Assembly (NCBI RefSeq): GCF_009914755.1
Contig: NC_060926.1
From: the human T2T-CHM13v2.0 reference genome, Homo sapiens
Direction: 5' to 3' (one strand)
Length of the DNA stretch: 64,000 nt
Below the pieces are notes generated by a model, which was given only the letters and a program-made list of their open reading frames with translations, did not search any database and was not told the DNA's origin. This document shows positions 30,770-45,360 of this stretch, in pieces. Numbering within the stretch: position 1 is the first letter of the stretch; the number at the start of each line of letters is the position of its first letter. A program made the position numbers and the translations under genes.

Positions 30770-31740
30770 AAAATTAAAGATGTGGATAAATATGAAGACA
30801 TTATGTGATCATGAATTGAAAGACTTAATATTGTTAAGATAGTAATGTTTCCTAAATTAATCTATTGATTTAACAGGATTCCTATAAAACTCTCAGGTAA
30901 ATTTTTTACAGAAATTGAAAAGATAATCTTGAAATTCATATGGAAATGCAAAAAATAGAGAATGGCCAAAACAGTCTTCAAAAGGATTATAAAATTGGGA
31001 ACTTCTTGATTTCCATACTTACTTCAAAGCAACAGTAATCAAGATAATGTGGTACTAGCATAAGGACAGACATATAAATTAATGGAATAGAATAGAGAAC
31101 CCAATAATAAATATTTCAGTTTATAGTCAATCAACTTTCAACAAAGGTGGTATGACAATTCAAAGCGGAAAAATAATCTTGTCAATAAATAGTGCTAGAA
31201 CAACTAGATACATGTGAAAGAATGGAGTGAGACACCCACCTCATACTATATGTTAATTCAAAATAGATCACAGACATAAATGTAAGAGATATTGCTATAA
31301 AACTTTCAGGAAAAAAGATAGGATTCAATATTGATGACCTTGGAATAGGCAATAATTTCTGAGATATGATCCAAAATTACACATGACAAAAGAAAAATAA
31401 ATAAATTGGACTACATCAAAATTTTTTTTTTACTTCAAAAGACATCATCAAAAAAGTGAATAGCCAACCTACAGAATTGAAGATGATATTTGCAAATCAT
31501 GTATCTGACAAAAGAATTGTATGTAAAATGAAGAACTCTTATAACAATAATAAAAGCATAACACAACTGAGGGATAGATAGATAACATATACTATATCCA
31601 TGCAAAGGAATAAAATACTAATACAACATGGACAAACTTTCAAAATACTATGCTAAGTGAAAGAAGACAGTCACAAAACACTACACAAGTTATCATTTCA
31701 TTTATATAAAATGTTCACAATAGGCAGAAAGGTGAATAGT
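30770..31740 (+). mobile_element. L1M ORF2 C-terminal and 3' fragment
   Basis: gaattgaaagacttaatattgttaagatag...aaagcaacagtaatcaagataatgtggtactagc... is L1 ORF2-like. Confidence 0.75.
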
Positions 31741-31744
31741 GTTT

Positions 31745-32600
<856 letters not shown>

Positions 32601-33002
32601 CAAAAACTATAAAGCATTATTTTTTTGTTTTCAAAAATAAAGTATACAAGGTATTGAAAGTAAAAGGCAAATGTCTGAATTATTATTTATTTTATAATCT
32701 TATTTTGAAATTGGATAAAGCTCAAATTCTAAATCATATTTTGAAAATTTACTTAAAATTTATTAAATATGTTTTAAATTAAACCGTTGGAAATTCTAAT
32801 ATTCTATGCCCATGTAGCTGTCCATGTGAAGGCATTTAGGGTTACAGTGCATTGTGTGATGACTGACTTCATATCCCAAATGACAGAGTTGCTCATATGT
32901 TCCCTAATAAAGTTTTTGTGGGTGTCTATGCTATATGATTCTCTCTAAAGAAGTGTCTGTCTTCTGTAAGGGCAGTACTAAAGGATTAAGCATATGGGTC
33001 AA

Positions 33003-34114
33003 AGTATTTGTCTTTGTTTCATTTTATAACAAATTATTGCAAACTTTGTGGCTTAAAACAACACAATATATATTATCTTATAGGTCTCTATGTTAAAATT
33101 CTGACAGTGGTATCCCTGGACTAAAATCAAGGTGTTGGCAAGGTTGCACTCCTTCTGAAGACTCTAGGTAAAACAAAACAAAACAAAATGTTTCCTTCCT
33201 TTTTCCAGCTTCTAGAGACTCCCCACATTCCTTGGTTGCTGGCCCACTTCCTGCATCTTCCACTCCAGCAATGCAGCATTTCTCTGACCCTGTTTCTATC
33301 ATTGCATCTCTTTCTCTGATCTTCTCTTCTGCTTCACTCTTCCATTTGGAAAGATCCCTGTGATTATATTGCATCCCCATAAGCCAAGATAATCTGTCTA
33401 TCTTAAGGACGGCTAATTAGTATCTTAATTGCATTTGCAACCTTCATTCCCCTCTGCCATTTAACCTAAGATATTCACAAGTTCCAGGGCTTATGATATG
33501 GAAATCCTGGGGGAACCATTATTCTGCCTACCTTAGGGGAAAAATAATAATCCCCATAGGTTCTTAGTTGGAGCAGACCCCTGTTACAAGTGACAAATTA
33601 ACAACAACAACAAAAAGATAAGCAGTTTACTAACATGTATATTTCGTGTATACATAGGAGAAACCCAGAAAATGAACAGTTCTCAAAGAGCTGACTTTAA
33701 ATTCCAGCTTACATAGCATCTTCAGCAAAGAACAGTAAATTTTTAGAGAAGTGATAAAACAAAGGAAAAGGATTTTGGGTCTCTAGTCAACACTTGGGAG
33801 AAGGTGAATAACTGGCAGATAAATAGTAAAGGTAACTAATTAGTTACGTGGTTAGTTAGCAAGGCTTCTTAATGTAAATTCCTCTGATTATCATCTCAGA
33901 ACTGAGAAGGGTCCAAAGCTGTCTTCAGTGGTTAAACTTTGCTCTCACTAGTAGAATGGGTGGGGGGAAGGATAGGATAATGTGTCCTGTTAATTATGCA
34001 AACAAATGAAGGACAAGGAGCTTTTCTGCATCTGCCACTTCTTCATTGTTTCCAGCTCAACAATCTTTCATATTTTGGGGAAGGAAGGATATTTTGGTCT
34101 CCCACACTACCATA
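33003..34114 (-). mobile_element. MLT1D-type MaLR LTR (body 33003-33532, last 3 bp displaced to 34112-34114)
   Basis: gtggcttaaaacaacaca...ctaaaatcaaggtgttggcaagg...ccattattctgcctacc; TSD GTCAA at 32998-33002 and 34115-34119. Confidence 0.82.
33533..34106 (-). mobile_element. ERV1-class solo LTR (MER89/MER90-like)
   Basis: ~575-bp unit ending …cagctcaacaatctttcatattttgggg…ggtctcccaca; perfect flanking repeat CTACC at 33528-33532 and 34107-34111. Confidence 0.65.
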
Positions 34115-34470
34115 GTCAAGATAGGCTAAATTATGCTGAGATAACAAACAAATAAAAACTCCAAAATCTTAATGCCTTGTAATAACAAAGATGTATTTCC
34201 TAATAGTGCTACATGTCCCTCTCAGATCAGCAAAGAGATCTCTGCTCATTGTATTTAATAAGAGGCCCAGGCTGACAAAGCTGCTGCCATCTTGAATATA
34301 GCTCCTTGATGTGCCAGACAGAATAAAGAACTCTGCAGGATCACCCATTAGCAATTCAGTACTTGTCCCAAAAAGCAGCATGCATCATGTCTGCTCAGAA
34401 CACACTGTTCATAACTTGTCTCATGACTCTACGCAGCCTCAGAAAATTCAGCCAAGGTAATCCCATTTTC
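34115..34470 (-). mobile_element. MLT1K/L-type old MaLR LTR
   Basis: gtcaagataggctaaattatgctgagataacaaac...ccaaaatcttaatgcctt...cccaggctgacaaagctgctgccatctt. Confidence 0.7.
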
Positions 34471-35319
34471 TGCCTTAAAAGGAAAAAAAAAAATCACACT
34501 TATAACCATCACATGAAGTTGAAGTCTACTTGTTACAAATATATACAAATGCTAGATAAATAAACAAAACAAATGTAGTTGATAGCTGAGCCTGCAAAAA
34601 TGAAATCTTTACATTCCAAGAATGAAATCCAGAACCATAAGAACAGGAGCTATTGCTGCTACTGCTTTGAATGAGGAGAAAATGTTTAATTAGAACCATA
34701 AATATGAAGAAATTGAGGTTTAATATCCTCAGAGGGAGGTAAGACAGGGCCACAGACAAAAGGGCAAAAGGAACTGAGATTTCCATGTAAAGCCAGAATC
34801 CCTAGAAAGATATATAATTTGCAAAAGAACTGGAGAGAAAACTCTACTCACTAAATAAGAACAAACACATGTTTCTACCCAAGCTATAGAGGAGGAGGTA
34901 GAAGTATCCCTAAAGCAATCCAGCCCAGCAGCATGTTAAATTCTCCCATTCTATTGATTTGTTTTTTTTTTCTCCTTTTATATCTACACATTTTGGCTTT
35001 ATATATTTGACATTCATATCAAAAATTTATATATGATGTATTAATTATTTTATCATGAACCGTTTTTCTTTATCCCTAGTGATATTTCTTATCTCAAAGA
35101 TTGCATTATTTGATATTGACATAGCTATACCTATGTATTTAGCTAGTGTTTATTTAGTATTTCTTTTCCTTTTTTTTTATTTTCTGCCTTCTTTTTCTCT
35201 GAGATTTTAATTCTGTGTCTTTAAAGCAACATGTAACTGGTTGAACTTTTAATGCATTTTTTTCTATTGGAATGTCTAGTAAACACTTGCATGTGAAACA
35301 AGGACACTATTACCAGGTT

Positions 35320-36200
35320 AAAATTCAAGCCGAAGACTGGGAGACATTATTGTCTACATGTATAGTAGAAAATCTGCAGAAGCCCTACAAATAAAAAGAT
35401 AGACAAATACCCTAGTGGGAACATGAGCAAAGTAAATGAACAGGTACATTGAAGATATAATTCAAATGGCCAACAAGCAAAAGTCAAGTAGCTTTAGTAG
35501 TAATCAGAGAAATGCTGATGGTGTGTAAAAAATTACACTGGAAAGCATTGTGAAAATACCGAAGAAATTTGTAGATGCACATTACCTAGGAAAATAATTC
35601 TACTTCCTGCTACCCATCCTAGAAAAATTCCTATGCACTAATAAGGGAGCCTTAGGTGAAAAGGATTTTCACCATTTCATTTGTAATAGTATGATATTTG
35701 AAACAAACTTATTGTTCATTAATACGGAAGTGGGTAAACAGAGGATCAATAAATGGAATACAGTATTGAAACTGTAAACACTGCACCTAAATGCATCAAT
35801 ACATCAACAAGGATAAATCTCACAAAATAATATTATAAATAAAGAAAAAAGTTCTTACAGCATTAGGGCCATACGGCACTATTTATGTAGATTTTGAAAA
35901 TGCCCAAAACATTTCTTTGTATTATTTGAATATATATATATGTTATTAAAAATATGGATTTGAATACTCACCAAATTAAGGAGGCTGGTTGAATCCAGGA
36001 AAAAAATTAAGGTTGGGATTTAGCTATATCTACAAAATTTTATTAATTCTTTCTGAGGGGGAAGAACATATCAAGAAAATATAGCAAATCAAGAGCAATT
36101 TTTAAATCTGAATGAAGTGTCTGTAGAAGTAAGGATTCTTATTTTTCTTACTGTTTTGAATGTTTGAAATATTTTACAATTAAATATTTTTAAAAAAATA
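35320..36200 (+). mobile_element. L1ME-type 3' fragment
   Basis: Degraded ORF2 end (caaatggccaacaagc...agtaatcagagaaatgc) and 3' end (gtttgaaatattttacaattaaa). Confidence 0.6.
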
Positions 36201-36899
36201 ATTTTTGGCATTTATGGGTTTTCAGAATGAAGTACACATATAAAATGGACAAAGATAATTGTAGATATAAAGTTAATTTCGAGTCTAACCTGAACATTTA
36301 CACAGTACAAACTTGACCCTATTTTTACATTTTGTATTCATGTCACTATTATTTGAAAGATAGCTGATGGAGCATCCATTAATGTATAGTCATGCAAATG
36401 TACAGTTAGATATTTAAACAAATAAAACTGACTAAAAAATGGGTTCAACTTAAAAGAAGTAGGGGCATTTGGACACTAAAATTGAAAATATTGCTTTAAT
36501 TAGGCAATACCTTTGTCTAAAAGATTTTTAGCCACTGATACAATTTGGAAAATGGGCATCATTGAATAGATTCTGTTTTAGGAAAATAGGAAGCCTGAAT
36601 ATTTGCAGAAACAGAATTTTTTGTAAAATTAAATTCAGGTTTACTTTATCTCGTGTTTATCCTCATAAAATTTATGAAGCAACCTAACAATATTTTCAAC
36701 TGCAATTTCTTGAAAGCTAAAGAAAGCCTAGTCTGTAAAATACTTGTTTTATAGACTCTCAGCAATCTCATTACTAAGGTCAACATGATTACAAATATTT
36801 CATCTTCTCCTTACAAAGTTTCACTTGTTCCTTTACTTACAAGTAATCTAAATTTGGGAGAATATTTTTTAAAAATGTGCTAAGGGTCTTTCCCATGAG

Positions 36900-37060
36900 T
36901 TCTCATAGAACACTGCACATTTCTAATCACTGCATTTACTTCACTGCAATTTCCTGTTTACTTGTGGGCCTTTGCCCTAATCTTGGTCACTCTTTTATTC
37001 CAGTGCCCAGCACTGTGCCAGTCACATAGTTTGTACTCAAATAGTCATTGATGCATTCCT
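36900..37060 (+). mobile_element. L2 3' end
   Basis: ccagtgcccagcactgtgccagtcacatagtttgtactcaaatagtcattga resembles the L2 terminus. Confidence 0.6.
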
Positions 37061-40000
37061 TCATCCATTCATCATTCTATTTATTCTCATTAGTCTGTAT
37101 TCCCTATTTCTATTATCCGTTCGAACCGAGAGGGAATTCAGTACAGTGTGATATATAGAACAATAAAAATATTTTTAAGTTAATTTATGGTCCTAATTGA
37201 CATATTCCTTCACTTTTTGCTTCCCATCCCCTTGTACATTCAGGTGGAGTGGAATAACAAATGGAGCTCAGATTCCAAGTGAAAGAAATATTAATGGGGT
37301 ACACATCTGGGAACTTCCAAAAGTTCCCACTTCAGCACACACTCAGACACACTCCTAAAGTAAAATATGGTTGTTCCTATGCCTGGAAACCCACACAAAA
37401 TCCACTTCTGCTTGAAATATTCAGATTCTTAATGAAGTAAGGTTTTTATTTGATTTGAGTTACCTGAAATCGAGCTACGACCCTTTTCTATTTCAAATAC
37501 ATGGGCAAAGACTTGTACTTACTATCCATGAACGTTTTCAGTAGAGTATTTCCAGAGCCTCTGTGACAGAAGTTGCTGAGATCGCAGAAACCACGGGAGT
37601 TTCTGCAGAGTAATCAGGCATAGGCCAGAGGAGTGCATTCTTTGGGAGACATCAGGAGACATGCCTGGAACAACCAGTGCACAGTTTCATATACTCAGGA
37701 GCATGAACTGTTGTAAAACTTTGGCAGGCAAGTACTCTTGAGCCTCATGGCACTTGGCCAAATGCAGAAGGATTCTGAATCAGCAACAATGTGACAAAAG
37801 TAAACTTTTTTTTTTTTTCTGATTTGGACTATGGTGTCAAAGTCTGGACAGTCCTCTAGGATAAGGCCAGCAATTTCAGTGGCATATGTCTAAGCTAATT
37901 CTGATCTTTCAAATACCACTTAAAGTTATGGGGCAATATCAGTAGAAATCTAACCTCTCAAGGACACATGCATAGCAAAGCAGATGGCTGGCAACAGACT
38001 GTTTAATCCCAAATCAAATAACAGAATCAGCACTTCAGGATGACTGCTTATATAGACACTTTTGTCAGATAATGTGGCTGAGAGCTACACTTCCAACACA
38101 ATAAGCTCCATAAAGAGTTTGCCATACACTGATCAATGGCAAATTCTTTTAGCGTATACAGCAAACCGTGAGCTGTTGCAAGCATAATATACACCATCCT
38201 AAACAAACATGAATTTACATTAAAAGATAAGACATTAATCTTTTGGTATCTAACGTCTTATTTGTAGTTTATTGTTTTTATTTCTTCATACAGACTCCAG
38301 GAAGGAAGTCTGACAATGAAATTTGAAGATGGGAAATACCTTTTTGGATTTAACATCATTGAGGGAGATTTCTGTGAAGACAGCAGTGAGAATGCTTCCA
38401 TGTTAGCCTGGTATAAATACACCTGGTAAAAATAATCTGTATAAATCCTCTTACCAGGACAAATAAACCATGAACAGTGCTGATCCTTGTAGGTAAAGTT
38501 TTCCTTTGGTTTCTGGCATGATGGTGGCTGTTGGAAATTCTAACTTTTTTACTTTCAGGCAATCCCAGATTTTGCTCACCTTTTCAAAGGAAAGTTCCAA
38601 AATGTAAGCAGAAACGATACATGGAATGACTGGTTCCTAAAATATGGTCTTCATATCATACTTTAAAAAAAAGTTTAGGATCCCATGGTCAAGTAAATGT
38701 GGAAAACACTGTCTTAATAAATGCTAAACAAGATTCATGTTCCCACAGGAATTCTCAGCACTTAGAGTAAGGTGTTATTAAGTTGACTGTTTAAGAGATG
38801 ATATTATATATATTGTATGCAGCATTTCCCAAGATTATTTGAGCACACAATTGTGCATGCTTGTGTGTGTGTATGTGTATGTGTGTAAAATATCTGAAGA
38901 GACTAAAGTTCTGAGAAATGGACTTTTTGAAATGTTAACGATCACTTGTACCTTAACAAACAGTAGCTTTACTTTTCTATATGTTCATTTTGAAGTTAAG
39001 CCATTTTCTTTCCTGTGTTTTAGGCCTGCCAATAGATACATAGACTTTATAGCAACCTGGTAGTTGAGATGGAAGAAGAAAGATATGGAGGCAAGAATGT
39101 GGAAGATTGCAATAGTTGGAGCAGAAATAAAAGAAAATAAAAGAAAGTAGATTGGGGTCTTGGTATAGGAACCAAAAAAGAAGAAACTGGCTTTTCAAAC
39201 ATTACAAAAGAAAGAAATGGCAGGACATAGAAAGGTCCTAGACACAAGGTAGAAAGAGAGATAATCAAAGATGGACTCAAGGTTGTAACCCTGGGTGATA
39301 GGAGAGTTGTCGTGCTGCTAGCAATAATGGAAAGTAGAAGGGGAAAAATGATAAGCCTGGTCTATTATTATGGCATTTTTAACTGTAGGGGCACAATAAA
39401 GTAGGTTTTTATATGTGAAGGAAAAAAATTTAAAATCAAATAACAATGTATAAAATGTAAAAATATTAAACATTTCTCACTCAAGTGTCAAAAATACCCT
39501 TTAAAACAGGATTTTATTTTTAGTAGACACATATATAGCTAATTGTTTTGGTAGCTGTGGCATGTGTTTTTTGTGTTCTCCCTGGAAACTATTCTCTGGC
39601 ATTTTAGTTCCCACAATAACATAAAGGCACACACAAATTACATATAATATTGATTAAACGCATATATCCTTGCAATTACATATGCTTAAATGCACATATA
39701 TGTTTTTTATATACAAAAAATACATTTGACCCACAAATGCAAATTGCCCTAGCTGGGAAAGCAAAGGTGGTGTTGGGGGAAAAGAATCTGAAAATGTAAC
39801 ACTGTTAAAGAGTTCTGATTTAATTTGCTAGTGTAATACAGAAGAGAATCACAAATAAAAAGTCTTTATTTGCTTGAAGAGCCTCTGAGGTTTTTCAATA
39901 CCATTGAAATGCTTTCCTCAACTCAAGTACTTTTCATATATCAGAGAAGTGGCAAATTTAACAAAGCCTACATTAACGTTCCGTATTTCTATTCTAAATA

Positions 40001-41279
40001 AAATGCTTCAGTAAGTAAACATGAGTATTCAGTAATGCTGCAACTGGAGACAATGAAAAAAGCTCCTGTTTCATAATATATTGATAAGTAAATTATTTTA
40101 AAAGAAGCAAACAGTATTGTTGAACAGTGAAAGGCTAAACCAGTCATAAAATAGAAACTACTTGAGTACCTTTGTTTATTTTCTATGACAATACAAAAAA
40201 AATGTTGGCATACATGTGTTTTGTAAACTGTAGGTATTTTGTGTAGATAATAGTCAAACCCATATAAAGAGCACATCTAAACTATTACTACTGGAACAAT
40301 TTTCAATAGTATCCAGAGTAATGAACCCCAAATAATAAAAAGAAAATGAAGGCAGGGTAACAAGCATTTAAAAAGAAAAGATTTTAGAGAACATAGAGAT
40401 CCAAATCAGGAAATTGCATTTCGCGTTAACTGCATCGTTGTCATGTCTTCGATAATCAAACCTGCATGAGTAATTTACAGTTTCGCTGGATATTGAAAAA
40501 AATTCAACTTGCTATATAATAGTGGCATGGCCCATGAGTAAACAGACATTAGTTTATGTTATTTGTGTGCGGCATGCTAACAGTATGAATTTGGGCATGT
40601 TCTTTTGTCACTCTGTATCCCGATCTCTCATTTCAAAAAGAAAAAAGATGGGAAAGATAATAATGGCATTTTAATAAATGCAAAAGTTTAACCCAGTGCC
40701 TGCCATGTAGCCAATATTCAACAAACATGAGGTATTTTATCATAATTATTGTTATAAATATTATCAGAGATTTTGTCTGCTCCCAAATACCAAAATAATT
40801 CTTAATGTCTGGTTCAACATATAAATCCTTAAAAATAAGCTAAAACTACATAAAATGAAATGTTTCCATCTGAAACCTTTGGCTGGGACTTGGTAATAAG
40901 TATAGAACAGGGGATAAAATGTCAATGAACATTCATATTTTCTAAACTAGATACTAGAATATTTTTTCAGTTTTAAAATGTGGTGCTTTCAGGAGATATA
41001 AATAGAAGAGTATAATTTCTGCTTTATCATATGTGTTCTCACTATGCAAAGGCTTCAGCTCTAGCCATCCAACCAGAGATTGGTGATAATGTTCTTTTAT
41101 TTTTGTGTAGAAAGATAATAGGGGAAAGATAATATTTATTAGCTGCTATTTTACCAAATACATTATATTAATTAGCTCTTTTAAAGCTCTCAGTACCTCA
41201 GAAGATTATATTTTATACATGCCCCCAAAAATGTACTGATTTTATGGCTTAAGGACATATTCACTGGCCCCAGATTAAC

Positions 41280-41570
41280 TAAGGTTTGAATACTGACTCG
41301 AATATTTGCCCACTGAGTGATCTAGGGCAAGTTATTTAATGTCTCTGAAAATAGGAATCATAATAATTCTGGTCACATACATTTTATGTGTGTGTGTGTT
41401 TGTGTGTGTGGGTGTACATGTATACATATAATAACTCAATCCACAATAAAAGGTTTAGAATAGTGTCCAGAACTCAGTAAGTTATCAGTATATAATGGGC
41501 AACACTTGTAGAGCACTCACTCAAGGTCACTCAGCTAGTAAGTGTTAGAATAAGAGTCCCAACCTTTGTC
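41280..41570. mobile_element. MIR fragments
   Basis: ggtttgaatactgactc...gtgatctagggcaagttatttaatgtctctg...; actcaaggtcactcagctagtaagtg. Confidence 0.7.
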
Positions 41571-41914
41571 AAAATAGGCAATTGTAAAATATCTGACTGA
41601 TGGAGTTTCTCTTAGCTTTGCTGCTTCCCATACCTACAGCTTCTATGGGCCTCAACTACTTCATGTATGAAGTAAGCAGATTTTAATATCAGATGTAGTA
41701 GTCATGGCACTCCCCCTCTAACCTGCCTCCTGCTTACCTCACACCTTGCCAAAAATATTAATAAATAGCCTTAATCTATAGAGACACTTTGTTGATCTTG
41801 AACTGGGTCTCCGAATACTTATCAGATCAGTCCACTAGGCAGCTACTAACCAACAACCCAACAAATATTCACTAAGTGCAAATCTCTGGCTTTCTTTCCT
41901 TCTGTATAAACTTC

Positions 41915-43700
41915 TTATTTTAGACCAGTTTAATATTTACAGAAATAAAATTACAGACAGTACACAGTGTTCCCATGTAACCCATACCTACTTGTTCCTA
42001 TTAACATAGTACATTATTATGCTACATTTGTTACAAGTAATGAACAAATATTGATGCATTGTTATTAACTAAAGCCTATAATTAATTCAGAATTCCATGT
42101 ATTTTATCTAACATCCCTTTTCTGATCTCAGAACCAATCCAGGATACCACATTACGTGTAATTGTCATGTCTTCCTAGGCTCCTCTTGGCTGTGAGAGTT
42201 TCTCAGACTTTGTTTGTTTATCATGACCTGGGAAGTTTTGAAGAATGCCGGTCAAGTGTTTGTAGAACAACCCTGAATTAGAATTTGTCTGATGTTTTCC
42301 TCATGATTAGACTAGAGTTTGTGTAGGAGGGAGAAAGACCATAGAATTAAGTGTCATTTTAATGACATCATATCAAGAGTAGATATTATCAACATGATTT
42401 ATTTTTGTTGATATTAACCTTGATTACCTGGCTGAGGTAGTGTTTGTCAGGTTTCTCCACCATAAAATTATTTTTCTTTTACCCTTTCTGCACTCTATTC
42501 TTTGAAATGAAATCACTATGCACAGCCCACATTAAAAGACTGGGGAGTTATACTTCACTTCATTGAAGGCAATAATTTAATACATAAATTACTTGAAGTT
42601 TTTCTGCATGGGGGATTTGGCTATTCTCCTCCATTTATTTATTTATTTAAGCATTTATATCAGCATAAACTCATGGATATTTATTTTATACTTTGAGTTA
42701 TAATCTATACTACTTTATTCTGTAGCTGACATTAGATTAACTTTGGCCTTCGGGAACTCTTTCAGCTGGTTTCCATATCCTTTTGATATATACCCATCAT
42801 TCGGTGGGTTTTGGGTTTTCTGGTTTTTGTTTGTTTTTGTTTTTGTTTTAGCACTTCTTTACTCTCTTTAACTACAAATTTTTCCAGGCTGAATTTGCAT
42901 GTATCATGTTGCAGTCCTAGAATCAACCTTTCTCCAAAAACTCAGAATCATTTTACTGGAAATTAGTACCAGAAACCAAGATCTGGGTTCTGGGTATACT
43001 CACTGATACTGAGGCGTCATCTCCTCTAGTTCCGCTCAATTAAGAGACCAAGAAATATGTGTGTATCTAACCAATGTATACATGAATATCTATAGATATT
43101 TCTACGTGTAATGATCTGTATCTACAGGAACCTAACTATAAGTTCACATTGATGTTCTAACTCTAATTCATTACCATATGGATTATTCCAGACTTCTACT
43201 TTTCATTATCTGTAACCTCCCATTAAAACAGGCAGAAATCTGGTGACCACTTGTTACTGAATTATTTAATTCCAGTATATATTAATAGTAGTTTCAGAAT
43301 TGTTGACCTGTATCTGCATAGGAGACAAACGCTTTAGAGTTCACTGAGCCTCTTGGGTATTTATTTTTATGTATTTCATCAATTTTGGGAAGTATTCAGC
43401 TATTAATTCTTCAAGTATTCCCTCTGTCTCCTCTCTCCTTCTTCTGGGATTTCCAAAATGTATATGTTGGTCAGCTTGATGGTGTCCCACAGGTTCCTTA
43501 GGCTCTGTTCATCTTTCTTAGATATTTTTTTTCTGTTACTCAGACTCAACATTTTCCATCATCCTATCTTCAAGTTCACTGATTCTTTCTTCTGCCTGCA
43601 CAAATCTGTCTTTGATCCCTCTAGTGAATTATTCATTTCACTTATTGTACTTTTCAGCTCCAGATTTCATCTTGGCATCTTTTTAAGTTTTCTTGTTTTA
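41915..43700 (-). mobile_element. L1MD-type 3' UTR plus ORF1-region fragment (continues at ~53330)
   Basis: atccaggataccacattac...gtttctcagactttg...cacagcccacattaaaagactggggagttat; ORF1-like 43330-43700 (gtgtcccacaggttccttaggctctgttc). Confidence 0.75.
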
Positions 43701-44661
43701 ATTGATTTTTTTTGTTATTTTGATGAATTTAGGGGTACAAGCGCAGTTGTGTAACATGAATATGTTGCATAGTAGTTAATTTTTGGCTTTTAGTGTACCA
43801 TCATCAGAATAGTACCCAATAGGTGATATTTGATCCCTCTCTGTCTCCCAGCTTCTCATCATTTGGAGTCCCCAATGTCTATTATTCCACTCTGTATAAC
43901 TGTGTGTGCCCACTGTGTAGCTCTCACTTGTAAGTGAGAACATGTGGTTTTTGACTTTCTGTTTCTGAATTATTTCACTTAGGATAATGGCCTCCAATTC
44001 CATCCATGTTCCTGCAAAATACATGATTTCATTCTTTTTTTATGGCTGAGCAGTAGTCCATGGTGTATACATACCACATTTTAATCCAATCATCTTAGGT
44101 TGATTCCATGACTTTCTTTCCTTTGGATAGATTCCAGTAGTGGAATTTCTGGGTTGAATGGTAGTTCTATTTTTAGTTCTTTGGGAAATTCTATTTATTG
44201 AAGTATGTAGAGAATAGTCTAGAAACTTAATGAGATAGTCTTAGAAAATTTCTATTGTCTGAAAAGTATTTTAAAAGGTTAGATTTATAATCAGGATGTA
44301 TGCTATTGAGGCAGAATATGTGCCTGAGGAATTTTATTATTATTGAAATCTGAGTCTAGAAAAATGATGAGAGACATCAAGAACAAGAAGACAGGATAGA
44401 TTATTTGACTGTTTTTTTGAAGTATTTAGAAATTGTTTACTAGGAGTTTGAAGCACTCCTATTTGCAATTATTCTAAATTGGTATCTAAAAAGTAGAATT
44501 GAAATAGGTGCTTTTAAGTTCAAAAAACATATAAAAGAGGAAACATAATTATATCTGTTGCACTTATGATCAATGCTTATGAAGTAATAATAATGTGAAC
44601 ATGAGTACTAATATAATAAAAATGTGATATAAATTCACTGGGGAAACTGGAGTGAGGGAAA

Positions 44662-44732
44662 GTGTGTGTGTGTGTGTGTGCACGTGCATGCACGCGCACG
44701 TATGTGTGTATGTTTGCATGTGTGTATGTGTC
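44662..44732. repeat. Alternating purine-pyrimidine (TG)n/CACG tract
   Basis: gtgtgtgtgtgtgtgtgtgcacgtgcatgcacgcgcacgtatgtgtgtatg. Confidence 0.85.
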
Positions 44733-45360
44733 TATATATTTATTATGAGATGGTGATAGAGAGGTAAGTTCTCATCTGTCTTACCACGAAGTTTTAGAAA
44801 TTTTCTAAAAACTGATAAAATCCAGAAATCAAAAGAGTTGTTATCTAGAAATGTGAACATAAATTTCAGAAGAAACTTCTAGAATGTTTCAAAGTGTCTG
44901 TCTCTGTGGAGTTTAGGGATCTTGTGTGTGTATGTTTATATGCAACTTGCATACACACACAACACACAAACCCATGCATACATATATATATCTGTTAGTA
45001 GAATTCAGTTTTATAAATATCACATATTATTTTGATATAAAATTACTTTTTGATTGTTATCCTTCTGCAATGTACTAAATATTTATATTTAGAAGCATTT
45101 TATCATTTCTATTTGAGTTGACTATCCTATATGTTCTATGTGGGTGAATACAGATTTATATTAATGCTTAGCTTGCAGGAGAGTTATATGAATCTATAAT
45201 ATAGTAATTTTCTCTCTAAGTCTAGGTGCACTTCTGGCCCTATAATTTATATGTATAATGTTGTAGGGACACCTTCATAATGCTTCAAGTATGCCTGAAC
45301 TGCTACGACAAATGTGCCATTTTTCTCCTTTTTCATCAGTCCTCACTTGTGTCTTGTCAT

